A program made the translations under genes and the position numbers. The notes beneath the pieces are model-generated. The model made no database searches and was not told the DNA's origin. It saw only the letters and a program-made list of their open reading frames with translations. Positions 12,301 to 22,740 of a DNA stretch of 64,000 nt are shown here, one piece after another (the stretch's first letter is position 1; each line of letters begins with the position of its first letter). Origin of the DNA: Perna viridis (Eukaryota); contig CM074517.1 in the NCBI GenBank assembly GCA_037379345.1, positions 48,034,577-48,098,576 on the forward strand. Direction: 5' to 3'.

Positions 12301-15300
12301 TTTGCAGCATTGTCTCACCTTTCCTTCTATTTTCAAATTTAACTTTACTAACAAATGGAAAGCCAAACATCATTTTAAATTAATCAACTTAAATTGATTA
12401 TTTTTTTTTTATATAAATCTCACAGTGCTAAAGATATTGCTGAAAATTTTAACAAATCTATGAAGTAGAAATTGTTAAAAAAAAACAAAAGCAAACGACA
12501 GACTAAAAATTCCTCAGTACAAACTTTGATCACATTCTCCCTGACATCTGCAGAAGAAGCATCCCAGACAAGTTCCAGTATAATCTTAGAAATCAGGGAC
12601 TGTATGACATCTGCTGGTATCATCTCCCAGTACGTCGATAGAATCCTGAATACACCAGCTACAGCAGTACTCCGTACCATAGGTACAGGATCTTCTAGTA
12701 GAGTCTAAAAACAAAATATGTTTTACATTCACAGAAATATATTTATAGACCACTCAAGTCTTTACAAAAATCTGACATGAGCTACAGCTGTGATCCTTAC
12801 CATTGGTACAGGGTCTTCTAGTAAAATCCTGATTAAAGTAAAAGAACATCAAAACATATGCGAGCCAATGTCCACTTAGTAGTGATACCCCCACACCTCC
12901 AACTATAGAATAATGTCAATTGAAAGTTAAAGTCTTTAAGCAGGAAGTTGTTGTAAGCCAAAATCAAATCCCAAGACATGGCACACCTATATAAAGATTG
13001 TAACAAAATATAAAATGGCTGTAACAAGTTGTTGCAGAGAAATATGTTACAAATGGGTTAGGACACAGGTAAAACAGTATACCCATCTTTCCTATAGAGG
13101 GGGGTTAAAAAAAACTTAATAATCTTATTTTTACAGGAATATGTTAATAAAATACTTGTTAGTCTTCTAATTCTAATTGAAGTTTCTTGAATACCATGAA
13201 GTTACAGAAACTGAAGATTTTTTTTCAGAATGTAGTACATGTAACTGTTCAGCATCATGGTTTTCGTAAATGTTTTTTTTAAAATACATTTGTACCTGTA
13301 AAATGTCAAACTGTTTCTGCATTAGGTTGTCTGTTTCTTCATTTTTAGATTCTGGGTCTTGTAATGGGAAGATGTCCATTAGAATAGCTACAGCATTCAC
13401 TCTAACCAATGGACTGGCTACCTGTGAAGGAATAAAAATTGATTAACCTATCTCTGTCTTGGTGCTTTTTGCTTTGTACTTTCAATAAAGCAGCATTTTC
13501 TGCCTTTTTAAATAATTGCAAATGGTACACAGCATCATATTTTTAATTTACTCTTTCGAGATTTGAACATTACAGTCATATCAAAAACTGTAAGCAATGC
13601 TCACTAACTTGATACCCCGTCATGCATCTTTTGACCTTTATCTTGAATTGGATAAAAATCTAAAATAAGAGGTGCACAATGGGAACATGTAATAAAGTTT
13701 CCAAGACAGTTTAATTCAATTCCATTCAGTGGTATTGGTGGAGTAACGAATAAGAGATGGGGCCTCTCTGCATAACAGAAGGAAGGAATGAAGGAAGTAT
13801 GAATGGACAGACTGACACCCCTATCACTATATACACCCCCCACTATGCAAGTAATGGTATAATAAATGTAACACTTGAAAGATCTAATTTATATGTATAA
13901 AATTTCAAGTTAGTTTCCCCCTAAATCTTTCCAACACTACAAATGAGTCAATTTGTCACAAGGTATGCTTATAGGTGTTAACTTGCCCTATATTCCATAA
14001 GAAAGTCAACATATGTTACATACAGTGCCAAAGCAGGAGGTTTGCTCCATTCACAGAATTTTCTCCTGTCTTATTTGAATCGTAATAAATTACTCCAGTT
14101 CATTTCACGAAAACAGAAACATGTTAAATCTCCTGCTTTGAGAACATTTCTAGAGGAAGATCTCCCGCTTTGAGAACATTTCGAGAGGGAGATCTCCCAC
14201 TTTAAAATTTTAGAAGGTAAACCTAGGTTATCCTATCTACATGTATACAAAGTGACATGTCAAATTCAAAATTGATCTATCCATTGGGAGTCAAGATAGT
14301 AGTGAAGGACAGAATGTCAGAAAGAAAGAAAGAATGACTGATGAACAAAGTAATGTCAATAAATCACCCCACTGTTGAATGTAGGTATAATATCTAGTAA
14401 AATATTCTACCAAATTATTGTTTTAATTCATTGAAGCATTCTTGATTTAATGTACTAGTTACTGATGGATTAGTGTTCTAGCAAACCACTTTCCCGTCAC
14501 CTCGGGCAAATTTTGGTGTGAGAATGTTGTTTATTAAGTTCTAATTTCCCTTTGGCAAGTAGAACACTTGAATTTTGGATATAATTTGTTAAGTTGGGAA
14601 AGCTAATTATAAGTGTTAGATAGTTAACCTACATTTAGAGTTACCCAGTGGAAACCCAAAATTTTGAAAAAAATGCTAGAACACTGAATGAATGGTTTAA
14701 TCTTTAATACTTCATCAAAATGTTCCATCATAACTGGATTAGTTAATGAATACCTTTAATGATCGCCATAATATAGGACCATACAGTCGTAACAACATGT
14801 CCTCTACTCCTTTCTGCTTCTTGTGTTTATGTATACAGGATAAAATCTGCAAGAAAAAATATAAGGGCTGTGCTGTACAAAGAGTTAATCATCAATTATA
14901 CATATGCAATGTATTTTAATAGACACATAATTTGGTTCAAATCTTGGTCATTAAAAGATAGTTTGATTTTGATGCCTTATTCAGCTGTGAGAAAGCAAAT
15001 TAATTTGTCAAGTATTTCAACAAGGTATCTAAGTGAACACTGACCACCTGCCATTTCTTTGCCTCACTTTCAATACAAGATTTCAATACCTTTTACCCCT
15101 GTATTTAACTATGTATTATGGAAAAAAGACTAAAAAAATTCAATATTTTCTATTACAGCCAATGAGTACTGTAAAAACAGATTTTTTTTAAAATAAACTT
15201 AATTCATTTAATGGATAAAAATTATCAACAACATTCATACCCTAATGAGAAATTAACTATCATTTTAATAACATTTTCTCTATGTTAAACCAAAGAAAAT

Positions 15301-18300
15301 TACACTCAATAAAAACAGTTTTGATTTTAAAAAATTATGATGAACCCCGAAAAATTATGAACATGTATCTACAGTATTAGACAAAGACACTTCACGTTCT
15401 TCATTCTAACTCCATGTACAATGTATGAAGTATTTTAAGAGACATATGTATATATCAGTACCTTTCTCAGACTTTGACACAATGGTTTCCTTGTGTGTAC
15501 AGCATTAAACATCAGGTCCTGAATACAGCCAGTCTCTAGTTTCTATAAAACATTTTATAGTGTTACATGTATATAAACCCTAGGCCATTCAAAACTATTT
15601 TTTGTTGTTCTCAGACCTTTCCTAAATGAAAGTATTATAAATTTTGATTCTTTATTTTTAAATGCAAATATTGTAAGCCACTATAACTAATACACTGTGG
15701 AAGAAATAAAGACCAAGTTAAGATCAGAGGAAGATTTATCAAAACAGTCAACCTTCTAAACTGAACACCTGCATAAACCAAACCAATATTAAGTATCATT
15801 CTGTGTAAGAATCAGGCTATGGGAGGCACATCATTTTCCCATATTTAGTCATTTTAGTCTTAATATATTCAGTACATCTAGAAAACAACCAAAAAGCTAT
15901 TTACGTAGATATTTTTTGATCGCTTATATAAGGAAAGATTGCAAGAAATTGTTCCTGCCATTTTTCCATAGTGCATTTTAACTGAATTTGTCCTATCAAT
16001 ATATTAATAAGGCAAATTTTACAAACACTTTGATGGTTATTTCTGGTGGTAATCAGGTATAATTAATTGGTTAATGCAATAAAATCTCTGCCTTCTTTCC
16101 TTTCATGTGCCACGCCCTATATCCATTTTGCCCAATTCTTAGACAGAGAAGTACTTAAGTCTAGAAGTTGTTTGGTTTACACAGGTTTCTATGTAAGTTG
16201 TTTGGTTTATACAGGTTTCTATGTAAGTTGTTTGGTTTACACAGGTTTCTATGTAAGTTGTTTGGTTTACACAGGTTTCTATGTAATTCTCTTAGAACTC
16301 TACTGTGCATTAAGATGAAAAAAATAATATCCTGACATACATGCAGTTTTGTCTTATTTAATAGCCATCAGGACATTCAAAATATATTTCTTGGTTCTTA
16401 GACCATTTATGAGGCAAATATCCCTTTATATTAATCTTTTTTTCATAGCCCTAAAAAAAACCATGATTGTGCTCTATTCCTCTTTGGCAACACAAAATTT
16501 TCAGGCAACTTAGCTTTACAATGTACAATTCTTTTTCTTTAATTTTGAAATTTATTGATAATAAGATATAGACTTACATCCAAAACTTCTCCTGTAGAGT
16601 TTTGCCAGGCTCTAAAGTAAATATCTCCATACTTTGATAAGAATGATCTGGAAAAAACAGCATAATAGAAAGTAACTCAATAGACATGATATCTAAAAAT
16701 AACTCAATAGACATGATATCTAAAAATAACTCAATAGACATGATATCTAAAAATATCTCAATAGACATACATGATATCTAAAAATATCTCAAAAGGCACA
16801 AATTTTTATTCCATTTCAGTTAAACACAAAACCAATACTTAAAGACACTTTATGAGTATAGATACATTACACTGAATATGTTGAAAAATAACTACCTAAT
16901 GATACCTATTCTGTGGGGAAAATAAGAAATTTTTCTCTCTGACACTTGAAGAAATAGTTTTTAACAAAACATTCAACAAAACTTGTCAACCAAACTCTGA
17001 GTCCAAAGAATTTTAGTTTAGACAAGCATAATTACTATATTTTTGTTTATCATTATTCTGAAGGTGGATTTTAAACCTGTTAAAATTCATGATGGTTTTA
17101 TTTGAGAAAATTTTCCCTAGAACCATTAATTTTGTTTTAATGAGAATTTCAACTCAGATGTTATGTTTACAACAAACCTTGAAACTGTTGGTAGATGGTT
17201 CTTAATTGTGGTATGAAGTCTCTTGGTAAGCGCAACCTCTAGGGTCAAAATATAGGACAAAAATTTACAGCCCTGTAACAAAATGTAAACAGTACATATA
17301 AATATAAGCTGTATTCTATCTGATATAAAAAAAAAAACAACATAATGATAGATTGATTATGGTTTAATTTCTTATGGCAGATTGTTTTGCATTTCAGGAT
17401 GAGAACAATTAACTAAACAAACATACTCTGCTGAACCGAATTCTTAATGTGCTGGCTCATAGAAACAACAGATTACAGGATGGTGTGCTACCTGACCTGG
17501 ACACAATATCTGATACTGAGCCAACCAGTTGTCCCTCTATCCCCTTAGATACAGCATGCTTGGTGGAGAGGCAGTGACTACCAATTATAAAGTCATTGGT
17601 TTGATTCAACGTAGAATTGAACCCTGCGCAGAAGGCAGGGATACCACCCACTATTGCAAGATTAAAAAAAAAATAATACTGGAATTATATAATTTAGTCT
17701 GACAGGGATATCTCATTGGTTTCTTAATTTGTTTTATTTACTCTAGAAAAGACATTTTCTTGTTGGGACATATTTTTTTATTCGGTATAAAGGGTTGGAA
17801 AACAACCTCAAGGTTTTTTTTTTAGGAAAGCCATTCCTGTTTCATATGTCTTCATGGTCAGGTAACTTCGACAGAACAAATTAATGCATTACCTCTGGAC
17901 ATTTCAGAAATGCAACGTTATATGTACACTGTTTCAGCAAATTCTTCAGATTTTCACTGCTTTCATTCGCCATATTTACTTCACTAAGAGCTTCATGGAC
18001 TGTCCAGACTCTTTTTACATCAATCATCTGAGGTTTAAAAAAGACATTAAGAAAACCCATGTCTAGATAAAAAATAAACAGGTAATCCACAGGGGTGTAC
18101 ATTTACTTGATACACTGTTAGTAAGACATATATGTACAATGTAGTGACTGAATAAGATTTAATTTATCCAGTTTTTAATTTTTGAAGGTTTGCTTAGGTT
18201 GACAATAACCAAGATGACAGAGAACATAATTACTGGCAAAAAGTCCATAGCTGTCAACAGATTGATTGATTGGTTGGTTGTGGTGTTACATCTCATGGCA

Positions 18301-21300
18301 GATATTACACTTTTGATCAATTCATAGTAGTTTACGAGTCAGAGAACTTTATTCTAGAAACTTATTGAAAGAAAATGTGATAAAAGTAAGAAATGAGAAA
18401 ATGTACACTTATTAATATTCAAAATACATAGAAGAATGCAAAGAAGAAACCAAGCAGACGGACATGTAAAACCTTAATTTTTTCTATTTGGTATGTCTGT
18501 ATCCTGTTTTAAGAACAAAATGATGCATGTGGATGTAGTGCTAATGTATTTCTACCCAATTTAAGTTTCATTACATGTTACTTTGACTAACTTGTGGAAC
18601 TTCAGACCTTTAAAATAAGATAGTCTTGGGAATTAGGGCCAGCAAACCAGCCCATGCTAGTAAAAATTGTTGCGGGCTAGCAGAAATTTTGTTTCCAAGC
18701 CAATGTATCCTGTATAAAATTCTTTTCAGATTAAGGGTAGGGGCTTGTTGTCTGAAATTTAGACTGCAAAGACTTTAAGATACAACAAAAACCTCTAATA
18801 AAACTGATTAGACAGAATACTCTACATTTCCAACATGAAATCATTCTGCAATATTGGGTTATTAAAAGACAAATTACAATTTTACAAACAGGCATTTAAC
18901 TAACTTTCTGAGTATATAGACTTCTCTGTAAGAGGTATGTCAGAGTATTCAACATCAACTCATCCCCGCCATGGAGTTCTTTCTGCCACCAGTCTTCAAA
19001 CAAGTGAGCCATCATGTTCTTCAACTTGTCAGCTTTCTCGGGTAATGGCATCATTAAACCTGAGGAAATATTTGAATAAATAGGTTGAGGATAACTGAGC
19101 ATAGGCTTCCACTATGTTTTAAAAGACAATAACTATAATAATAGGATTTCAATGAAAAACCAAAAAAAAAAAAAAAAACTCAACAAGATATATTAATTCA
19201 TGTTTAAAATCCCTCAATTTTCTTCAGCTACAGTACAACATAGGAAAAGAAAGCTAGCCAGACAACCAGCATTACAACATGGTATGTGCAACAAAAGGGA
19301 CGGAATAAACTGACACTTTATCTTTACAGGACAGAGACTTCAAACTAACATATCTATTAAAGTTTTTAATCTTTAGGAAACACAATCAAGTTTTACCATT
19401 AAGAACTAGAGCAGTAGAGTACAGAGAAACAGGAACATGGATCTCCTCTTGACTAATGGTGGCTGAGGCTAGGCTTACAACTCCTTCTAAAACTTCTAAT
19501 ATCTTGTCCAGTTCCTGTAACGACATATCTAACAATTAATATTTAACTACTTGTAACTAAAAGTTTCTAGTATAAAATGGTTGCCATGATGGACATGTTA
19601 AAATCATAATAATGGGCATTTCATGCTAATGACATGATAAAAAAATACAATTTTTGTGTCTGGCAGCACAAGAACTAAGTGTGAGAATATTCATAAATTC
19701 TATGGTGACCTTGGTAACTTCAGTCATGGTCTTAGAATATGACATAAAAAAAGCTGTGAATACCTTTAAATTAATGTAATTTTACCATTTTTGTTGGTCA
19801 GGTGCATGAACAAAGTCAGACCAAAATCAAAATTGTAGCTCAACAAGAATTCAGTTTAGTTGAATGAAGATCATAAAATGTATAAACGTAATGAGTTAGA
19901 GATTTCTTAATAAGGCTGATTCTTTATTGTCCTACTGCTTCTTCTAAATACATTTGTTGCTTTTTAGTTCAATGTAAAATGCTGTACAAGAAACATACTT
20001 TGGTTGAAAGCCAAAAGAGCAAATTTAAGCAAGAAAGCTTTTGGGCAGTCTTTACATGTAAACTTCTTGAACCAGACAGGCCCAACAGGACCCATGTTTT
20101 GAACAATTTTTTGTAGATGTTGCTGGGGAGAACACTAACATTCCGTATAATAAGTTCATGTAATACCTCCTGCATCTGTTCATCATCACCTATCTCTAGA
20201 CTCATGAATGTCGTGGCACATTTTTGTTGTGTATCCTCCCATAAGTTATCTAGCTGAGGTTTACTACAGCAGCTTAAAACTTCCTGTAGATCATGGCCAT
20301 CTGACTTACTCTGTGACATGAAAATAAGAATATTTCAGATGTACATATAGTTTATCAGTGATTAAAATGTTTTTGAGTTCATGTTGATTTTCTCACATGT
20401 ACATGTACACATCCTACTTTAAACACATATTTTAACTTCTCTGCTCTCCACAGTGGAGTCACCATTTAAAAAATACCAAATAACAATAATTGGTTCTAGC
20501 TGTTAAAGAACACTTCAGTAATGGACAGACAAAAATATTTTAAATTATTGATATGGAGCAATTTTATCTCAGTTTTTACTTTGGTTGAGTCAAAGAGGAG
20601 GACATGAGAGATTCCACTGTAAAGAGTGGAGAAATTGAAATTTTGGTTGACGGTTCTTTATATTTTTATCATTAGGCAACTGCACACATTTGTAATCTGT
20701 GATATCCATTGACAGTTTCATACTCTATATTACCAATATCAAAGAAAAATGTCAGTGTTACATGGTTGAGAAAGGACTTGACAGTAAATGTCAGTGTTAC
20801 ATGGTTCAGAAAGGACTTGACAGTAAATCTCAGTGTTACATGGTTCAGAAAAGACTTGACAGTCAATCTCAGTGTTACATGGTTCAGAAAGGACTTGACA
20901 GTAAATCTCAGTGTTATATGGTTCAGAAAGGACAGTAAATCTCAGTGTTACATGGTTCAGAAAGGACTTGACAGTAAATCTCAGTGTTGGATGGTTCAGA
21001 AAAGACTTGACAGTCAATCTCAGTGTTACATGGTTCAGAAAGGACTTGACAGTAAATCTCAGTGTTACATGGTTCAGAAAGGACAGTAAATCTCAGTGTT
21101 ACATGGTTCAGAAAGGACTTGACAGTAAATCTCAGTGTTGGATGGTTCAGAAAGGACTTGACAGTAAATCTCAGTGTTACATGGTTCAGAAAGAACAGTA
21201 AATCTCTATATGGCTAGCTGTACAAAAGTGTTGAAAGATCCACATTGGCCTTTAAAGGGGGGTGCTCATCTATATCTACAGTAGTTTCCACAGAGGAAAT

Positions 21301-21455
21301 TTTTCAGTATTTTGGAAACTTTAATATGGATTTTTCTTCTTCTTTATTTAATTACCCAACATCAAATCTATACTTACTTTCTTTAAAAATGATACAAAAC
21401 TTTGCAAATCTCCCTGTCCTACAACCTTTAAAAGTTCTTCTCTTGTGTTCTGCAT
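268..21455 (-). CDS. NCAPG2: Condensin-2 complex subunit G2 (multi-exon gene, 3' end outside window)
   Basis: 26 exons join in frame with GT-AG introns. Peptides such as YFRAWQ, CIQDLMF, GVEDMLLRLYGPILWRSLK, LLEDPVPMVRSTAVAGV, DASSADVR, HDSAEKVRIAMLDMLLKVK and FWNIVPVEHLLARLE match remembered vertebrate CAP-G2 colinearly. Confidence 0.96.
784..878 (-). CDS. NCAPG2: NCAPG2 coding exon 25
   Basis: MDLDEVGNNFSALPPMSAWMCDIVYRKSFIS, 95 nt; LPP motif as in the vertebrate C-terminus. Confidence 0.86.
1536..1740. repeat. ~80-bp tandem triplication spanning an NCAPG2 exon end and donor
   Basis: cttacat(t/g)tctgctgta(a/g)gttga..gtcaag/ccaag at 1536, 1615 and 1699. Confidence 0.9.
1704..1847 (-). CDS. 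NCAPG2: NCAPG2 coding exon 24
   Basis: VLNSIKVSVSEIL...ATLVAAVLAELSTYSRN, 144 nt. Confidence 0.86.
2450..2640 (-). CDS. NCAPG2: NCAPG2 coding exon 23
   Basis: SSFKLIPEIMRCFYQVTE...KKKEHGVK, 191 nt, phase 1->0. Confidence 0.85.
4196..4295 (-). CDS. NCAPG2: NCAPG2 coding exon 22
   Basis: NLLNVCSNVFLIGIADGDFAVQV...LQA, 100 nt. Confidence 0.87.
5150..5443 (-). CDS. NCAPG2: NCAPG2 coding exon 21
   Basis: GDNNAIPKIDQVIAWADAHLL...NLASNAAQ, 294 nt open, cag/gtaaac. Confidence 0.82.
5908..6027 (-). CDS. NCAPG2: NCAPG2 coding exon 20
   Basis: KCIEGRM...FTMYLKLVILLHDD, 120 nt. Confidence 0.85.
7013..7189 (-). CDS. NCAPG2: NCAPG2 coding exon 19
   Basis: TVKRTTRKSVGF...PQLGLEYISYLIQH, 177 nt, gtgagt donor. 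Confidence 0.86.
7335..7515 (-). CDS. NCAPG2: NCAPG2 coding exon 18
   Basis: RSCLSKLRNL...YGCFLEAMCNWGKIGDVFEMVDEWI, 181 nt. Confidence 0.88.
8093..8163 (-). CDS. NCAPG2: NCAPG2 coding exon 17
   Basis: DPHIMTALIMLAGNLPSKSVPSV, 71 nt, phase 0->2. Confidence 0.88.
8668..8745 (-). CDS. NCAPG2: NCAPG2 coding exon 16
   Basis: ACNKELLLGLQQKFMMALPEMFKAFN, 78 nt. Confidence 0.88.
9609..9716 (-). CDS. NCAPG2: NCAPG2 coding exon 15
   Basis: VEVSEDELSI...GILETIVLLWNSISSELDK, 108 nt. Confidence 0.88.
10239..10366 (-). CDS. NCAPG2: NCAPG2 coding exon 14
   Basis: GYVTLLCRCILQC...acidic linker, 128 nt, phase 1->0. Confidence 0.88.
10958..11180 (-). CDS. NCAPG2: NCAPG2 coding exon 13
   Basis: FWNIVPVEHLLARLEID...RCVTLIQTNIGAARQFY, 223 nt. 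Confidence 0.93.
12037..12189 (-). CDS. NCAPG2: NCAPG2 coding exon 12
   Basis: GLILLLDNPLCHPVLKPILP...KGLRSIR, 153 nt. Confidence 0.93.
12525..12704 (-). CDS. NCAPG2: NCAPG2 coding exon 11
   Basis: TLLEDPVPMVRSTAVAGV...DASSADVRENVIK, 180 nt. Confidence 0.93.
13296..13421 (-). CDS. NCAPG2: NCAPG2 coding exon 10
   Basis: VASPLVRVNAVAILMDIFPLQDP...QKQFDILQ, 126 nt. Confidence 0.93.
14754..14846 (-). CDS. NCAPG2: NCAPG2 coding exon 9
   Basis: ILSCIHKHKKQKGVEDMLLRLYGPILWRSLK, 93 nt. Confidence 0.93.
15462..15542 (-). CDS. NCAPG2: NCAPG2 coding exon 8
   Basis: KLETGCIQDLMFNAVHTRKPLCQSLRK, 81 nt. Confidence 0.92.
15793..16154. mobile_element. TTAA-flanked MITE, copy 1
   Basis: ttaa|gtatcattctgtgtaagaatcaggc ... 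cccaattcttagacagagaagtac|ttaa; second copy at 32055. Confidence 0.75.
16166..16285. repeat. 30-bp minisatellite x4
   Basis: agttgtttggtttacacaggtttctatgta. Confidence 0.95.
16578..16647 (-). CDS. NCAPG2: NCAPG2 coding exon 7
   Basis: SFLSKYGDIYFRAWQNSTGEVLD, 70 nt, gtaagt donor. Confidence 0.92.
16673..16792. repeat. 27-bp minisatellite x~4
   Basis: taactcaatagacatgatatctaaaaa. Confidence 0.9.
17178..17272 (-). CDS. NCAPG2: NCAPG2 coding exon 6
   Basis: GCKFLSYILTL...HTTIKNHLP, 95 nt. Confidence 0.9.
17420..17665 (-). mobile_element. tRNA-derived V-domain SINE
   Basis: Minus strand: B-box-like ggttcaattc, then ccaatgactttataattggtag..tgcctctccaccaagcatgc and ctggttggctcagtatcagata.tgtgtcc. 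Confidence 0.65.
17893..18027 (-). CDS. NCAPG2: NCAPG2 coding exon 5
   Basis: MIDVKRVWTVHEAL...FLKCPE, 135 nt. Confidence 0.9.
18905..19059 (-). CDS. NCAPG2: NCAPG2 coding exon 4
   Basis: LMMPLPEKADKL...WWQKEL...LLQRSLYTQK, 155 nt. Confidence 0.9.
19397..19514 (-). CDS. NCAPG2: NCAPG2 coding exon 3
   Basis: ELDKILEVLEGVV...ALVLNG, 118 nt, phase 0->1. Confidence 0.88.
20167..20310 (-). CDS. NCAPG2: NCAPG2 coding exon 2
   Basis: SKSDGHDLQEVL...EQMQE, 144 nt, cag/gtatta. Confidence 0.85.
20751..21203. repeat. 39/34-bp minisatellite x12
   Basis: ctcagtgttacatggttcagaaaggacttgacagtaaat with 5-bp deletion variants. Confidence 0.95.
21378..21455 (-). CDS. NCAPG2: NCAPG2 first coding exon (MQNTREELLKVVGQGDLQSFVSFLKK)
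   Basis: cag|ATG acceptor, gtaagt donor, 78 nt; implies an upstream non-coding exon. Confidence 0.85.
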
Positions 21456-22639
21456 CTGTAAAATGAGAAAACTACAGGTACAATCTTGGAACTGTTGTCC
21501 TTGCGGCCTACAAAATGTATATTTCTGCATAATGTCATATCTGCCATTAAGGAAAGAAGAACAAGGCCCAATTCAACAAAAAATTGTTAAAAAACTAAAG
21601 AAAAATCAACTGGTAAAGAAGTTTTCCTACAACTTTATTGAATTAAATTTCTAAATTACAATTCATTGTAAAAATACTCGAAATACATTGATCTACAATT
21701 TTTGAAAAAATCAACAATTAAAACAATTCAGGACCAAAGGCATTTTTACCAGACATGCCTGTCAGTTCTGTGGCTGTGTTCATTCAAGACCACGCCCATG
21801 CGCCATTGGCACTAATATTTTATGTATGGCACACAAAAAGCATGGCATGTTGATTCTACGTGCGCATAGTATTCCGTAGGTCGATCTCTGAATTTCCAGA
21901 TTTTTTTTTGGTTCCAAGTCTGGACAAATTTTTGTTATTTAAAGCCTTGACAATAACAGGAGAAATGAATGCTTTCTTGGTCAAAATAACTTTGCGAAAC
22001 TGCAGGGGTGCCCCAGGGGACACCATTGTTTTCCCTGATCCTGCTGGTGGTACCCAATAGATTACAGCTGAGCCGACTAACTAGAAACAAATGGAACGAC
22101 CAGTGAATTTGGAGAATTTTGAGTAATGTGGAAACCTGAATGTCTGTGGCTCTGGGTAGGATATGATCTTCATAATGGCAGATAGATTTTAAGTGGTGCT
22201 GCAACTTAAAAATGAATCAGTGAATGACAATTTGAATCAACAGAATGCCATAATAAATAATCAATACCTACTTAGATAGTGATTTAGCTAGCGTTTGTCA
22301 TTTTTGCCATTTACGAAAGAATTTCATAAATGACGAAAATGTTTAAGATCGTTTTCATCACCTAAAAATTTGAAAAGTGTATAAAAAATCCATTCAAAAA
22401 GTATTTCAGATAAATTTTCATTACCTTAAATAAAAATGTTAAAAACTGTCAATTGAAAGTTACATAATTTCACCTGGCCTTACACTCTGACAAGTTTATG
22501 ACCCCAAGCTTGGTAATTACCTAGTCAACCAGGTGTGAAATACATTTTATTGTTGTTAGTCTGGCATCCCTGATATGTGCATCAAAAATAATCCTTGAAA
22601 ATAACAACAATTCATCAATCGTTTGATTATGAGGACCAC

Positions 22640-22740
22640 CAAAGATAATCAGGGTTCTCACTCAACTTCAGCCGATCGTTTTCGACCGCCGAAAAAAGCC
22701 TCGAGTTGACGCGAGACATTTCTGCTTTTAAGTATGTTTA
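22640..22740. promoter_or_regulatory. Candidate divergent promoter/first exons A
   Basis: Local CpG cluster; minus-strand donor gtgaga at 22661, plus-strand donor gtatgt at 22732; E2F-like TTTTCGGCGG on the minus strand. Confidence 0.4.

Noticed and set aside
20672-21201. Several repetitive ORFs on both strands, and a CRISPR-like look
   Set aside because: They are translations of a head-to-tail minisatellite with no unique spacers, in a eukaryotic intron with no cas genes.
21860-22204. ORFs and GC-richer patch upstream of the NCAPG2 ATG exon
   Set aside because: No recognisable protein or RNA family and no coherent splice signals; possibly a TE remnant or regulatory DNA.
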